Below, piece after piece: positions 12,154-26,168 of a stretch of 64,000 bases of DNA (its first letter is position 1; every line of letters starts with the position of its first letter). The notes under the pieces are model-generated. The model was given only the letters and a program-made list of their open reading frames with translations, made no database searches and was not told the DNA's origin. Made by a program: the position numbers and the translations under genes. Source of the DNA: Chiloscyllium plagiosum (taxonomy: Eukaryota); assembly GCF_004010195.1 (NCBI RefSeq), contig NC_057756.1:5860257-5924256 (forward strand), given 5' to 3'.

Positions 12154-13796
12154 GTCCCTCTCTAATTGCCAACTTCTGAAATTCAAATTCTCTCTCTCTC
12201 TGCTTTTCTTCCGTGAGGGCTATTCTTACCTCTTGTTTGCCTCTAACTCAAGCTGATTGATTTGCTATTGAATTATAACCATTCCCAAACGGCATATCCA
12301 GCAACTGTAAATGTTGAGCTATTGCTGCAGTTACCTCCCCTATTCACACAGACAATGGTAACCCCAGCTCCAGATGGTCTGCCATTTCCAAAAGCTCAGC
12401 TTTGCTCACATTCTGTAAAATTCCTGAAGTGAATTCTTCCTTCCCCCAGGAAACACTTAGTGACCGAAAGGGCCATTACTAAATGAGGCTCACCTTGTTT
12501 AAGCCAACCGAGTACAATATCTGAAACAAAAGACATTAACACCTAACACTGGTTGCCTTTTCAGCCAACAATCCTAAACCCAACTGAGAATTAGAGATTT
12601 TGATCCCAACAAGAGACCCAATTTGTTATGGACCAAACCAAACACCCTCAAAATATTTTTAAGCAGGTCACCTAGACCCTACCGTTTTCTTATGTTAAAA
12701 GCAATGGTAAAGTGCTGTGTTCCAGATGCAATTCGATTGGTCAAACCACTTGACATTAAGCAAACCACAGTTTATCCAAACACTTTAGTTAAAAAACAAC
12801 AAAAGAAAGAAGAACTTAGAATAATTTAATTATATTGGAAAACTTAGGATAATAGATGAGGTAATAAATACTAATTAACTGTTCCAATATAGTCACATCC
12901 CTTGGCAAAAAGGCAAATTTAGGAGTCAGATCTTTTCATATCAGCACCAACCATAAGGAGAGAAACTCCAGCTTCCAGCTGTAACTGAGAGAGGCAAAAA
13001 AAAGCTTCAACTTCTTCAAAACTCCAGCAGCTTCTGCTGAATCTAAAAGCGAAAAAAAGGCAAGACATCCTGCTCTGTGAAAGCTGACCACACCCAGCCA
13101 GGCCTGCTTCTATTGTTCCAACTTTAAAATAGAACCCAAGGCCTCACAAGCAATTTCTGCTATCACAGGCTGACGGATACCTCTCGTTAAGTCTTTATCT
13201 TAAAAGAAGCCAAGACAAAATACACCTCTTAAAGTCACACTGCAGAATCCCATACAGATTCTAAAGATCACTGCCATCAATCTGGCTGTCAAAAATTTAA
13301 ACAAGTTAAAATGAAAGGGAGCCAAGTGACCCAGGGACTATAAAATCAAAGGCACTCTACACATGCAGATGAAAAAAGGGAGACCTTCACTTGACCAGGA
13401 GCCCCCTTTGCACCTTGTTGATTATTTGCTGAGCTTCATATTTAAACAAAACTGCTATTTCCTTTGGCAATGTCAGGAGTGAGGAGGCCCTCCTTCAACA
13501 ATTGGTTGCAGTTCTTCTGCTTTAAACATCTGACAGCAAATCATCACAAATGGTCACATGGGAAGGAGGCATTGCATCCAACAGTCAAATCAAGAGTGAC
13601 ATCACTCAACTATATAAGGAACCTGGACCCAGGAGGCTCACAAAAGAACGAAATGGAAAATGAAATGAAAGTATCATTCAGTATCACACCGATGGAAATG
13701 ACTAGAAGATCCAATGTTTCCATGGACATCATGTAAACTGTCTCATAAACAGAAACAGATGGAAAGGCAATGGATTCCCTGATAGGGAATCACGAG

Positions 13797-14125
13797 GATT
13801 AGATTAGATTAGGTTACTTACAGTGTGGAAACAGGCCCTTCAGCCCAACAAGTCCACACCGACCCGCCGAAGCGCAACCCATCCAGACCCAGTCCCCTAC
13901 ATTTACCCCTTCACCTAACACTGCGGGCAATTTCCCATGGCTAATTCACCCTGACCTGCACATTTTTGGACTGTGGGAGGAAACCGGAGCGCCCGGAGGA
14001 AACCCACGCAGACATGGGGAGAATGTACAAACTCTACACAGACAGTCACCCGAGGCGGGAATCGAACCTGGGACCCCTGGTGCTGTGAGGCAGCAGTGCT
14101 AACCACTGAGCCATTGTGTCGCCCC
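13797..14125 (-). mobile_element. HE1-type V-SINE
   Basis: Full head, core and tail as in the 6890 copy. Confidence 0.9.
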
Positions 14126-14137
14126 ATTTGCCCAATA

Positions 14138-14918
14138 CGTTAGAGATCAGAAAACACAGTTTGAAGTGACATTGACAAACAGTTTATTACAAGCGATATC
14201 GCTGGAAGAGAAACTGACGAGGCTGACACAGAACTGGCAGTCTGTACAGGCAGATCAGAATTTCTCTTCCCCGAGCTGAGGATGAGACCAGTTTTTTATA
14301 ATAATGCTGCACAATTAGGCTGATTAAGAAATGGGGAAAATACAATGTATCTGGAAACAGAGTAATCTAGTTACAAGGATGCTAATTGGGAAACAGTTAT
14401 CAGATGAATGTCCTGTTCCTTCACACAATGCAACATCCTGACAGTATCGATGGTTCCATTCCTCTTCACAGGTAGGTGTTAATGTCTCCTCTGAAGTGGT
14501 GAGGTGCTTCCGTTGTCTTGCCCTGGGAGCAATGCTCTCGCTGATACCTCTCGGTCTGACCAGTTCTTTGTGTGGCTTTGGTATTGCTGGGTTGTGAAAC
14601 TGCCCTCGGGGCTTTGGGATAGCTGTGTTGCTCTGGCATTGTTAATGGGAGCTTGAAGTGGATTCCCTTGTCTGCGAGTGCTGCTTAGTTTGGCTTGTCA
14701 GTCTGCTTGGCTCCTATTGAGGCATTCTGGGTGCGAGTTGGTAACTTTGGCCAATCTTGCTTTTGTGGACCTATCATGGGTTGGCAGGGTGGCAGATCGT
14801 TTCCCACAAGGATGATCAATTATGTTATGAAGTTGTGGGTGTACTTTAAGAGAGTTAAAAGCAGCAGATCTATCGGACACAGCACCAAGTGTTCTCAATA
14901 AGCCAACAATGTATGTAA
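14138..14918 (-). mobile_element. Possible solo LTR
   Basis: Ends gttag...taaca; minus-strand TATA (~14295) upstream of AATAAA (~14185); no TSD found. Confidence 0.35.
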
Positions 14919-15509
14919 CACTTGGTCAAACATCTTGGTTAGCTTGTTGCCTGGAGACAAAAACTAATTCAAATTCGACGCCCACCCCCCACCCCCCAAA
15001 AAATCACAATTTCCAATCAGGTTTGCATTGAGTATATTGACAAAATTAAAAGCCAATGACACAATCCGATGCACTGGGGGAGAAGACCGGGGGAAAATTG
15101 AACTGTTGGGAGGAGAACTGCCAGGTCCTAGCATGTAACAGACTGCCTGTGAATACGGCCCACCGGAAAATGCAGGCTAGCCTGGGATGACTGAGACTTC
15201 GCTTGCAATCCGCCCTTTCCTTTTCCAGACATAGCCCCCACCCCCATCCCCACCCAATCTCAGAAACACTGTCACCGAGAATACTCCAATCTGCCCACAT
15301 TGCGCCCTTTGGGAGGAATGGTGGAACTGCTTTCTTCCCAATTTGGAAACCTGCCAATGTGTACAAAAAAGGGAAAGTTTTACAAAGAAGAATCCATCAG
15401 TACTTTTTAAATTTGCTTTTAGATTACAAATGTCATCTTCATAAAACGTCTGTCTGCTTGCATCTGTCTTTTTGTAATTTAGCATTTTTTTTTCGAAACT
15501 TGAGAACTA

Positions 15510-16300
15510 GCCATAAAACGTAGGAGCAGAAATTAGGCTGTTCAGCCCATCGGTCTGCACTGCCATTTAATCGTGGCTGATAGGTTTTTCAACCCCACTT
15601 TCTTGCTTTCTCGCTCTGACCTTTGATCTCTTTGGCAATCAAGACCCTATGTGTCCCTGTTTTAAATATACTCAGTTAAAAATCACACAACACCAGGTTA
15701 TAATCCAACACATTTATTTGGAAGCACTAGCTTTTGGAGCGCTGCTCCTTCATCAGGTGGTCGTGATGGAGCAGTGTTCTGATAGCTAGTGCTTCCAAAT
15801 AAACGGTTGGGCTATAACCTGTGTTGTGTGATTTTTAGTTTTGTCCACTCCAGTCCAACACTGGCTCCTCCACATCTTAAATATATCACAGCCTTCTGTG
15901 ATAATGAATTTCATAGATTCACCACTCTCTAGCTGAAGAAGTTTCCCCTTATCTCCATTCTAAAAGGTTTTCCCTTTAGTCTAAGTCTGTGCCCTCGGTT
16001 CTTCATCTCTCCTGTGAATGAAAATATCTTCCCAAAATCTACTCTGTCCAGGCCATTCAGTATTCTGTAAGTTCCTATCAAATCCCCCCTCATCCTTCTA
16101 ACCTGCATCTAGTATAAACCCAGGCGTTCTTCATATGTTCAGCGTTTCATTCCACTGACCATTTTCGTGAACATCCTCTGGGCCTGCTCCATGGATATGG
16201 GGCCCAAAATTGCTCTGAATGCTCCAAATGTGGTCTGACCAGAGCCTTATAAAGCCTTAGAAGTACATCCTGCTTTTATCTTGTAGTCCTCTTGACATTA
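15510..16300 (-). mobile_element. CR1 3' fragment hosting a family-B HHR insertion
   Basis: CR1 tail and YKALVRPHLE-like remnant on the minus strand. Confidence 0.8.
15673..15876. mobile_element. Palindromic pLTR/HHR element, family B
   Basis: Inverted arms (aaaatcacacaacaccaggttata / tataacctgtgttgtgtgatttt); minus-strand CTGATGA-a-GGAGC-agc-GCTCC-aAAA-GCTA; flanking ttaaatata repeat. Confidence 0.8.
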
Positions 16301-16429
16301 ATGTGATTCACAATGAAACGTTGACCAGGCAGAGCTGTGTTTCCTGAAAGAAATTGTCAGTGGGTTTACAGGGATATGGGCCAAGTGCTGGCACATGGAA
16401 TTAGATTAGTTTAGGATATCTGGTCGGCA

Positions 16430-18935
16430 AGGCACTCAGTTGTATCAATCACTAGAAAGTCACAACAAAGAAATGAAACTGGACGGACCACCTGGCATCA
16501 ACGTTGGAACAGGAAAAGACAACAGCAAAAGCACAAACAGCCCTATCGACCATGCGATGTCCTCCTTACCAACATCTGGGGGCTAGTGCTGAAATTGGGA
16601 GAGCTGTCTCTCACAGACTAGTCAAGCAACAGCCTTACACAGTCATTCTTATGGAATCATACCTGACAGATAACACCCCAGACACCACCATTACCATCCC
16701 TGGATATGTCCTGTCCCACCGGTATAGACCCAGCAGAGCTGGCGTTACAGCTGGCGGGAGGGAGTTACCCTGGGAGTCCTTGACATTGACGCCGGACCCC
16801 ATGAGGTCTCATGGCATCAGGTTAAACATGGGCAAGGAAATCTCTTACTGGTTACCACGTACCCTCCTCCTTCGGCTGATGAATCAGTACTCCTCCATGT
16901 TACACAATGTTTGCAGGAAGTACTGAGGACCACTGCACTGACCTTGTGGAGATGGAGTCCCCCCCTTCACATTGAGAATGACCTTCATTCTGTTATGTGG
17001 CACTATCACCGCGCTAAATGGGACAGACTTAGAACCAATCTAGCAGCTCAAGCCCGGGCATCCATGAGGCACTGTGGGCCATCAACAGCAGCAGGCCTGT
17101 ACTCCAGCACAATCTGTAACCTCACGGCCTGGCATATCCTCCACTCAACCATTACCATCAAGCCAGGGGATCAACCCTGGTTTAATGGAGAGTGCAGGAG
17201 GGCATGCCAGGAGCAGCATCTAGCATTACTAAAAATGAGGTATCAACTGATGAAGCTACCAAACAGGATTACTTCTGTGGTAAACAGCATAACAGCAAGT
17301 GATAAACAGAGCTAAGTGATCCCATAACCAACAGATCAGATTTAAGCTCTGCAGTCCTTCCACATCCAGTGGTGAATGTTGGTGGATAATTAAACAACTC
17401 ACTGGAGGAGGAGGCTCCACAAATACCCCCATCCTCAATGATGGAGGAGCCCAGCACATCAGCGCAAAAGATAAGGCTGATACATTCGCAGCAATCTTCA
17501 GTTGGATACGCCGAGTGGATGGTCCATCTCGGGCTCCTCCAGTGTTCCTCAGCATCACTGATACCAGTCTCCAGCCAATTCGATTCCCTCCATGTGATAT
17601 CAAGAAAAGGCTGGAGGCACTGGACACTGCAAAGGCAATGGGCCTTGATCAAATTCCAGCGATAGTATTGAAGACGTGTGCTCCAGAAGTTGCTGCTCTC
17701 TTGGTCAAGCTCTTCCAGTGCAGTTCCAACACTGGCATCTACCCGACAATGTGGAAAATGGCCCAGGCATGTCCTGTAAACAACAAGCAGGACAAATCCC
17801 ACCCGTCCAATTACCATCCAATCAGTCTACTCTCCATTATCAGTAAAGTGATGGAAGGGGTCACCAACAGGGCTACAGCAGCACCTGCTCAGTGACACCC
17901 AGTTTGGGTTTCACCAGGGTCACTCATCTCCTGATCTCATCACAGCCTTGGTTCAAACATGGGCAAAAGAGCTGAATTCCAGAGGGGAGGTCAGAGTGAT
18001 AGCCCTTGACATCAAGGCCGCATTTGACCAAATATGGCATCAAGAAACCCTGGCAAAACTGGAATCAATGGGTATCGGGGAGGGTGGGGGGTAACACTCC
18101 GCTGGTTCGAGTCAGACCTGGCACAAAGGAAAATGATCATGGTTGTGGAGGATCAGTCATCTCAGCTCCAGGACATCTCTTCAGGAGTCCTTCACGATAG
18201 TGTCCTCAGCCCAACAATCTTCAACTGCTTCAACGATTACCTTCCATCTGTCAGAAGGTCAGAACTGGGGATGCTCACTGTTGATTGTGTTCAGCCTCAT
18301 TCACGACTCCTCAGATACTGAAGCAGTCCATGCTCAAATGCAACAAGATCTGGACATTGTCCAGGCTTGAGCCGACAAGTGGCAAGTAACATTTGTGCTA
18401 TACAAATGCCAGACAATGACCATCACCAATAAGAGACACTCTAACCACCACTCCTTGACATTCAACGGTATTACCATCACTGAAACCAGGACCATCCAGG
18501 ACAAAGCAACCTGCTTGACTGGCACCACATCTACAAACATTCAATCCCTCCACCACTGGGACTCAGTAGCAGCAGTTTGTACTATATACAAGATGATTGC
18601 AAAAATTCACTAAAGATCCTTTGACAACACCTTGCAAACCCATAACCACTTCCACCTAGAAGGGCAAGGGCAGCCTGTACTTGGGAACACCATCAGCTAC
18701 AAGTTCCCCTCCAAGCCACTCGCCATCCTGACTTGGAAATATACCACCGTTTCTTCACAGTTGTTGGGTCAAAATCCTGGAATTCCCTCCCTAATGCATT
18801 CTGGGTCAACGCACAGCAAGGGGACTGCAGTGATTCAAGAAGGCAGCTCACCACCACCTTCTCAAGGGCAAATAGAGATGGGATATCAATGCTGGCCAGC
18901 CAGCGATGCCCACATCCCACAAATGAATATAAAAA
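16430..18935 (+). mobile_element. Degenerate CR1-superfamily LINE (APE plus RT), distinct family
   Basis: VILMESYL (endonuclease), PWFNGEC, KAMGLDQIPAIVLKTCAPE, NYHPISLLSIISKVMEG; 3' tail shared with the Deu-SINEs. Confidence 0.88.
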
Positions 18936-19379
18936 GAAGCTGTTTTTTTCCTCGATTGGCAGCATCAGCAATGCTGATGAGGATGGGAGAAAGCCTTATT
19001 TGTGACTTAATATCTGTTTCAATACCCATTCGACAGTTTCAATACCCATTCCCATTGGATCCCTCTCACAGCCACAGACTCTTTTTGAGTTCACTTCCCC
19101 CTTTCCCGTCTCGAGACAGGGGATTTCCCTCACTCTGTGACTGTGTCTGATCCTCTAACCCTGCTGAGCGGTTTCCATCACATCCCTGTCCTGTTCTTTG
19201 CTACCATCTCTGATTTACAGCTCTATTAGAATGACTGTGCAGCAGAGACTTTCGAGCTTTAAGTTTGATAATCATAACATCTTGCAATCGTTGTAACCTT
19301 TCAGCACCATGCCAATGTTATCATTCCCTCATTACTCCCCCACCCCACACCTTTAACTGCAGCTCCCATCATCTCCACC

Positions 19380-19500
19380 CCTCCTCCTGAAGAAGGGTTC
19401 TACCTAAACCGTTGTTCACCTCCTGATGTTGCCTGGCTTGCTGCGTTCCTCCAACCTCCTGCTTGTCTACTTTGGATTCCCAGCATCTGCAGTTTTTTTT
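19380..19500 (+). mobile_element. Diverged Penelope pLTR remnant
   Basis: ctgaagaagggt...gcctggcttgctg...ccagcatctgcagt. Confidence 0.55.
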
Positions 19501-21632
19501 TGTCTAACTGAAGTTATTCACTGCAGTTTAAAATCAAGCTGAACAACAATTCCTGCCTTGCACTGCTCCCATTCAGCCAGCAGATGGCAGAAGGCAACAA
19601 TTGTTATTGGAAGTTGTTCTTTGTGTGAATATATTGGGGGGCCAACAGGAAGGTGAGTCACCACTTTAAAGTTTCAAAAAAACTTAGCTCGACGAGCAGA
19701 GCCCTCCATTTCTGTTCCAGAGGCAGCTCTAACCAACAAGGACTCTCGTGTGTTGTTAAGGTAAGGCTTTTCAATTTATATTTCTTGTGTATCGTGTGAT
19801 TGATTAAAAGGTTAATTGAATAAGACCGTAGCAGAGAAGTACTAGAAATTATTTAATTCATAAATTTGTACAAATTAATTAAATAAGTAGAGATGGATGG
19901 ACAGGTGATGTGCTGTAGCTGTATGATGTGGGAGCTGGCTGATCCCATTGTGAATGGCAGTGACCACATCTGCAGCAAGTGTTGGTTCTGGATCAGAGTT
20001 GATGATCTGGAATCTGAGCTTCAAACACTGCGACACATCCAGGAGGGGGAGAGGTACCTGGGTGCTTTGTTTCAGGAGGCAGTCACACCCAATAGATTAA
20101 GTAATTCAAATTCACTTAGTGATCAGGGACAAACAGGGTGTGACTGTATGTGAGGCATGTAGGGGGATCCTGAGTTCAGAAGTGGAGGAGCCTCAGTCGT
20201 TGACCTTGTCCAGCAGTTATGAGATTCTTGTACCCTGTACAGATGAGGGAAAGGGCTATGGACACGATGACCCAGCTGACCATGGTGCAGAAGGCCATTC
20301 AAGGGGGGGGAAGCAAAAAGACAAGTAGTTATTATAGGGGATTCTATAACTAGGGGGACAGAGTGCAAGCCGTATCAGGAGTCCTATATGGTGTGTTGCC
20401 TGCCTGGTGCAGGGCATTTCCGACCAGCTTGAAAGGATATTGGAGCGGGAGGGGAAAGGATCCAATTGTTGTGGTCCACGTTGGGACTAACAACATAGGC
20501 AAAGCTAGGGTGGGAGGACCTGTTTGGGGATTATCAAGCGCTAGGAAAGAAATAGAAGTACAGGTCCTCAAGGGTCATAATCACCCAATTACTGCCCGAG
20601 CTACGTGCCAATTGGCACAGGGATAAGGAAGTTAGGGAAGTATACACATGGCTAAGGGATTGGTGTGGGAAAGAGGGATTTCATTTCATGGGGCATTGGC
20701 ATCAGTTTTGGAACCTGATCTGTACGGATGGGACCGATCTGGAACCAGTGTTCTAGTGAAAAGGATAACTAGGATGGTCAGGAGAACTTTTATCTTCTGA
20801 GTTGGGGGAAAGGGAAAGTGAGAGGGAGTGTGGAGTTAAATGGAAATTTAAACAGCAGAATAGCTTGTGTGCAGGTGGGTTTCAGCTCCAGGCAGACCAG
20901 CAATGCAGCAAAAAGGAGCAATAACTTAGGACATCTTATGATTTCCAATATCTCTAATAATGATAAGAAAGTTAGCATTTAGGCACTTTGCCTGAATGTT
21001 TGTAGCATTTGTAACAAAGTAGATGAATTAACAGCACAAATCAATGCGAATGATTATGATGTGGTAGGCATCACAGAGACGTGGTTGCAGGGGCTTCAGG
21101 ATGGGCAGTTAAACATCCAAGGATTTATAACATCAAAAAGACAGGGTGGTGGGCAGAGGGGGCGGGGTTGCCTTGAGTTAAGATTGAAATTAAATCTACG
21201 GCACTGAATGACATTGGGTCAGAGGATGTGGAGTCTGTGTGGGTGGAGTCGAGGAACCACAAAAGGCAAAAAAAAACTATAATGGGAGTTATGTACAGAC
21301 CTCCTAACAGTGGTCAGAATCACGAGCGCAAGATGTACCGGGAAATAGATAGGGCATGTCAGAAAGGCAAGGTCATGGAGATCATGGGGGACTTCAATAC
21401 ACAGGTGGACTAGTGGATTCAATGTTGCTGGTGGATTCAAAGAAAGGGAATTCATGGAATGCTTGCAGGATAGCTTTTTGGAACAGCATGTGATGGAGCC
21501 CACAAGGGAGCAGGCTATTCTGAACTTAGTGCTATGTAATGAGCCAGACTTTAGAAAAGATCTTAAAGTAAGGGAAGCCATGATAATATGGTCGAGTTCG
21601 GTCTGCAGTTTGAAAGATAGAAGGCAAAATCA

Positions 21633-22512
21633 GAAAATGCACAGCAGGTCAGGCAGCATCCGAGGAGGAGGAGAATCGATGTTTCAAGCATAAGCTCTTC
21701 ATCAGGAATGAGGTTTGTGGGCCTTAGGGGGGAGCTGAGATATAAATGGGAAGGGGTGGAGTTGGGGGTAAGGTAGCTGAGAAAGCGATAGGTCGATGAC
21801 GGTGAGGGAGAAGGTGCTAGGTCGTGGAGGGGTGGAGAGGTTGGATGAGAAAGGTGATGGACAGGTCAAGAGGGCAGTGCCAAGTTGGAGGCTTGGACTG
21901 GGATAATGTGGGGGTGAGGGGAAATGAGGAAATTGTTGAAATCCACATTCATGCCGTGTGGTTGCAGGGTCCCAAGGTGGAATATGAGGCGTTCTTCCTC
22001 CAGGCATCAGGTGGTAATGGTTTGGCAGTGGAAGAGGCTCTTGCTGGAGTGGGAGTGGGAGTTGAAGTGTTCAGCCATGGGCAGTGGGGTTGGTGGGTGC
22101 AGGTGTCCCAGAGATGTTCTCTGAAACGATCCGCAAGAAGAAGTCCTGTCTCCCTGATGTAGAGGAGACCACACCGGGTGCAATGGGAACAGGAGATGAC
22201 ATTGGTAGAGGTACAGGTAAATTTCTGTCGAATGTAGAAGGATCCTTTTGGGGGTCCCATCTATCCTCTTCACCCCCAAGCCCAACCGATCACCTTCTCC
22301 CTCACCATCATCTACCTATGGCTTTCTCAGCTACCTCCTCCCAGCCTCACCCCTTCCCATTTATCTCTCAATCCCCACCCTGCAGCCCACAAGCATCATT
22401 CCTGATAAAGGGCTTACGCCCAAAACTCCTGGTCTCCGGATGCTGCCTGATCTGCTGTGCATTTTCAGCACCACACTCTCGACTCTGATCTACAGTCCTC
22501 ACTTTTCCCTCT
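21633..22512 (-). mobile_element. Penelope fragment with inverted second pLTR
   Basis: GIY-YIG remnant FTCTSTNVISCSHCTRCGLLYIRETG on the minus strand; pLTR at the left (-) and at the right (+). Confidence 0.88.
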
Positions 22513-22539
22513 CAAATGTGAAGGTAGGCTAGCCAGTAA

Positions 22540-22848
22540 TTAGATTACATTACAGTGTGGAAACAGGCCCTTCGGCCCAACAAGGCCACACCGACCCGCC
22601 GAAGCGCAACCCACCCATACCCCTACATTTACCCCTTACCTAACACTACGGGCAATTTAGCATGGCCAATTCACCCGACCTGCACATCTTTGGACTGTGG
22701 GAGGAAACCGGAGCACCCGGAGGAAACCCACGCAGACACAGGGAGAATGTGCAAACTCCACACAGTCAGTCGCCTGAGGCGGGAGTTGAACCCGGATCTC
22801 TGGCGCTGTGAGGCAGCAGTGCTAACCACTGTGCCACCGTGCCGCCCA
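22540..22848 (-). mobile_element. HE1-type V-SINE
   Basis: Full-length copy, close to the 6890 and 32423 copies. Confidence 0.92.
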
Positions 22849-24194
22849 CGAGCTATTATTAGAAATAATAGTAAAAGTTTCTTTCAATGCATAGGAAACA
22901 AACGAGAGGCAAAAGTAGACATTGGGTCGCTCCAAATTGATGCAGGAAGGCTAGTGCTGGGAGATAAGGAAATAGCTGAAGAACTTAATAAGTACTTTGC
23001 ATCAGTCTTCACAGTGGAAGACATGAGTAATATCCCAACAATTAAGGAGAGTCGGGGGCAGAGTTGAGTATGGTAACCGTTACAAAAGAGAAAGTGCTAG
23101 AAAAGCTAAATGGTCTAAAAATTGATAAATCTCCTGGCCCCGATGGACTACATTCTCAGGTTCTGAGGGAGGTGGCTGAGGAAATTACGGAGAAGTTGGT
23201 TGTGATCTTTCGAAAGTCACTGGAGTCAGGGAAAGTCCCAGATGATTGGAAAATCACAGTTGTAATCCCCTTATTAAAGAAAGGATCAAGACAAAAAATG
23301 GAAAATTATAGGCCGATTAGCCTAACCTCCGGTGTTGGTAAAATTCCAGAATCCATCTTTAATGATGAGATTTCTAAATTCTTGGAAGTGCAGGGTTGGA
23401 TTAGAACAGGTCAGCATGGATTTAATAAGGGGAGGTTGTGCCTGACAAATCTTTTAGAGTTCTTTGAAGAGTTAATAAGTAGGTAAGACCAGGGGGTAAA
23501 CCCACTGGATGTTATCTATCTAGACTTCCAAAAGGCCATTGGTAAGGTGCCTCAGGGGAGGCTGCTGAGTAAGCTGAGGGCCCATGGTGTTCGAGGTGAG
23601 CTACTGGCATGGATTGAGGATTGGCTGTCTGATAGAAGGCAAAGAGTTAGGATAAAAGGTTCTTTTTCAGAATGGCAGCTGGAGATAAGTGGTGTCCCAC
23701 AGGGTTTATTGTTGGGGCCGTACTGTTCACTTTATATATTAATGATCTGGATGAAGGGACTGGGGGCATTCCGTCGAAGTACATCAATGATACAACATTA
23801 GGTGGACAGGCAGATAGTACTGAGGAGGTGGGGAGGCTGCAGAAAAATTTAGACAATTTTAGGAGAGTCGTCCAGTAAAATGCCTGGTGAAATTCAACAT
23901 GAGCAAATATGAGGTCTTGCACTTTGGAAAAAAGAATACAGGCATGGACTATTTTCTAAATGATGAGAAAATTCATAAAGCCAAAGTACAAAGGGATCTG
24001 GGAGTGCTAGTCCAGGATTCTCTAAAGGTTAACTTGCAGGTTGAGTCCGTGATTAAGAAAGCGAACGCAATGTTGTCATTTAACTCAAGAGGGTTGGAGT
24101 ATACAAGCAGCAATTTGCTACTGAGACTTTATAATACTCTAGTTAGGCCCCATTTGGAATACTGTGTCCAGTTTTGGGCCCCACACCTCCAGAA

Positions 24195-24810
24195 TCAACC
24201 TTATGACAATCCTCTTTACCCTCTCTAGTCCAGTCTATCTTCTCTGAAGTAAGGAGAGCAAAACTGCACACAGTACTCCAAGTGTGGCCTCAACACTACC
24301 CTATACAGCTGTGACATAACCTCCCTGCTTTTAAACTCAGACCCTTCATCAATGAAGGACACAATTCCATTTGCCTTCCTAAATTACTTGTTGTACCTGC
24401 AGATCAATCTTCTGTGATTTATGCATAAGGACACCCAGGCCCCTCTGCCCAGCAGCATGCTGCAATTTTTTAACATTCAATAGTCTTTTTTACTGTTATT
24501 CCTACCAAAATGAATGACCTTTGCCCACTCACTGAAGCAATGTCCCTTTCCAAAGTTTCACAGTCCTCTGCACACTTTGCTCTACCACTCATCTTAGTGT
24601 CATCTGCAAACTTTGACATACTACACCTGGTCCCCAACTCCAAATGATCTATGGAAATGCTGAATAAATTTGGTCCCAACACTGATCCCTGAGGCACATC
24701 ACTAGCCACAGACTGCTAACCAGAAAAGCACTCATTTATTCCCACTCATTGCTTCCTGCTAGTTAAACATTCCTCTATCTATACTAATACATTACCTGTA
24801 ACGCTATGCA
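24195..24810 (-). mobile_element. CR1 RT fragment
   Basis: VPQGSVLGP and SKFADDTK motifs. Confidence 0.88.
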
Positions 24811-25139
24811 TCTTGGGGGTGGGGGGGTGCAGGGGGCCGGGGGCCAGAACAGGGTCATGCATGTGCTCCTCTAGACAGGAACACCCATATCTGGGGCAGG
24901 GGAAAGCCTCACATGTGCGCTCTTCTGGGCAGGAACACCCGTCTCGGGGTTGTGGGCAGGGGGGAGCGGCGCATAGTCGCGCATGCTCTGCTTAAGGAAG
25001 CAGCTTGATATCATTGACATTGAACAGAGAGTGACAGCAGCAATGTTAAACCCACTCTGAGTATTGGGTGATTGGGATCTGAGCACAAAAAAGAAATGTT
25101 TGAAGTGAGGAGAGCTCCCCCATTGCTGTCTTCATAATG

Positions 25140-25748
25140 CCATAAGATATAGGAGTGGAAGTAAGGCCATTTGGCCCATCGTGTCCACTCCGCCATTTAA
25201 TCATGGCTGATGGACTTTTCAACTCGGCGAAAGTGAGGACTGCAGATGCTGAAGATCAGAGTCAAGATTAGCACGGTGCTGGGAAAGCACAGCAGGTCAG
25301 GCAGCATCTGAGGAGCAGGAAAATTTGACATTTCAGTCAAAAGCCCTTCTCCCCGTATCCCTTAATTCCTTGTGAGATGAAGAATTTATCAATCTCTGCC
25401 TTGAAGACATTTAACGTCCCGGCCTCCACTGCGCTCCGTGGCAATGAATTCCACAGGCCTACCACTCTCTGGCTGAAGAGATGTCTCCTCATTTCCGTTC
25501 TAAATTGACCCCCTCTAATTCTAAGGCTGTGCCCACGGGTCCTAGTCTCCCCACCTGATGGAAACAACTTCCCAGCATCCACTCTTTCTAAGCCCTGCGT
25601 TATCTTGTAAGTTTCTATTAGATCTCCACTTAACCTTCTAAACCCTAATGAATACGATCCCAGGATCCTGAGCTGTTCATCGTATATTAGGCCTCCCATT
25701 CCAGGGATCATCCGTGTGAATCTCCATTGGACATGCTCCACTGCCAGT
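25140..25748 (-). mobile_element. CR1 3' fragment with pLTR insertion (25228-25348)
   Basis: RFTRMIPGMGGL...FSQRVVGLWNSLP; CR1 tail. Confidence 0.88.
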
Positions 25749-25749
25749 G

Positions 25750-26168
25750 TGGGATTATATTCATTGGAATTTAGAAGAATGAGGGGGAATCTTATAGAAG
25801 CATGTTAAATTATGAATGGAATAGATATGATAGGAGGAGAGGGGATAATTCCACTGGCTGGTGAAACTAGGATAAGAGGGCATAGCCTCAAAATTAAGGG
25901 GAGCAGATTTAGCACTGGATTAAGAAGGAACTTCTTCACCCAGAGGGTTGTGAATCTGTGGAATTCCCTGCCCAGGGAAGTAGTTGAGGCTTCCACAGTA
26001 AATGTTTTTAAAACAAAGATAGATCATTTTTTGAACAGTAAAGGAATGAAGGATTATGGTGGGAGGATGGGTAAGTGGAGTTGAAGACACGAAGAGATCA
26101 GCCCTGATCTTATTGAAGGGCAGAACAGGTTCGAAGGGCTGGATGGTCTACTCCTCCTTGTTCTTATG
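25750..26168 (+). mobile_element. CR1 3' fragment
   Basis: RGHSLKIKGSRF...NFFTQRVVNLWNSLP; tail ending ttcttatg. Confidence 0.88.

Larger units (their letters stand above)
19640..24190 (+). mobile_element. Near full-length decayed CR1 LINE (ORF1 zinc finger/esterase plus ORF2), with nested PLE and SINE
   Basis: ORF1: CCSCMMWE..HICSKC, IIGDSI, VVVHVGTNNIGK. ORF2: VGITETWL, GVMYRPPN, MGDFN, KSPGPDG, NYRPISLTS, RPHLEYCVQFW. Many stops and frameshifts. Confidence 0.92.

Noticed and set aside
12624..13238. Possible LTR (also 2190-3050)
   Set aside because: LTR-like composition, but no TSD, PBS or second copy to support it.
22770..22848. tRNA-like sequences at SINE heads
   Set aside because: A/B-box SINE heads continuous with the V core; not tRNA genes.
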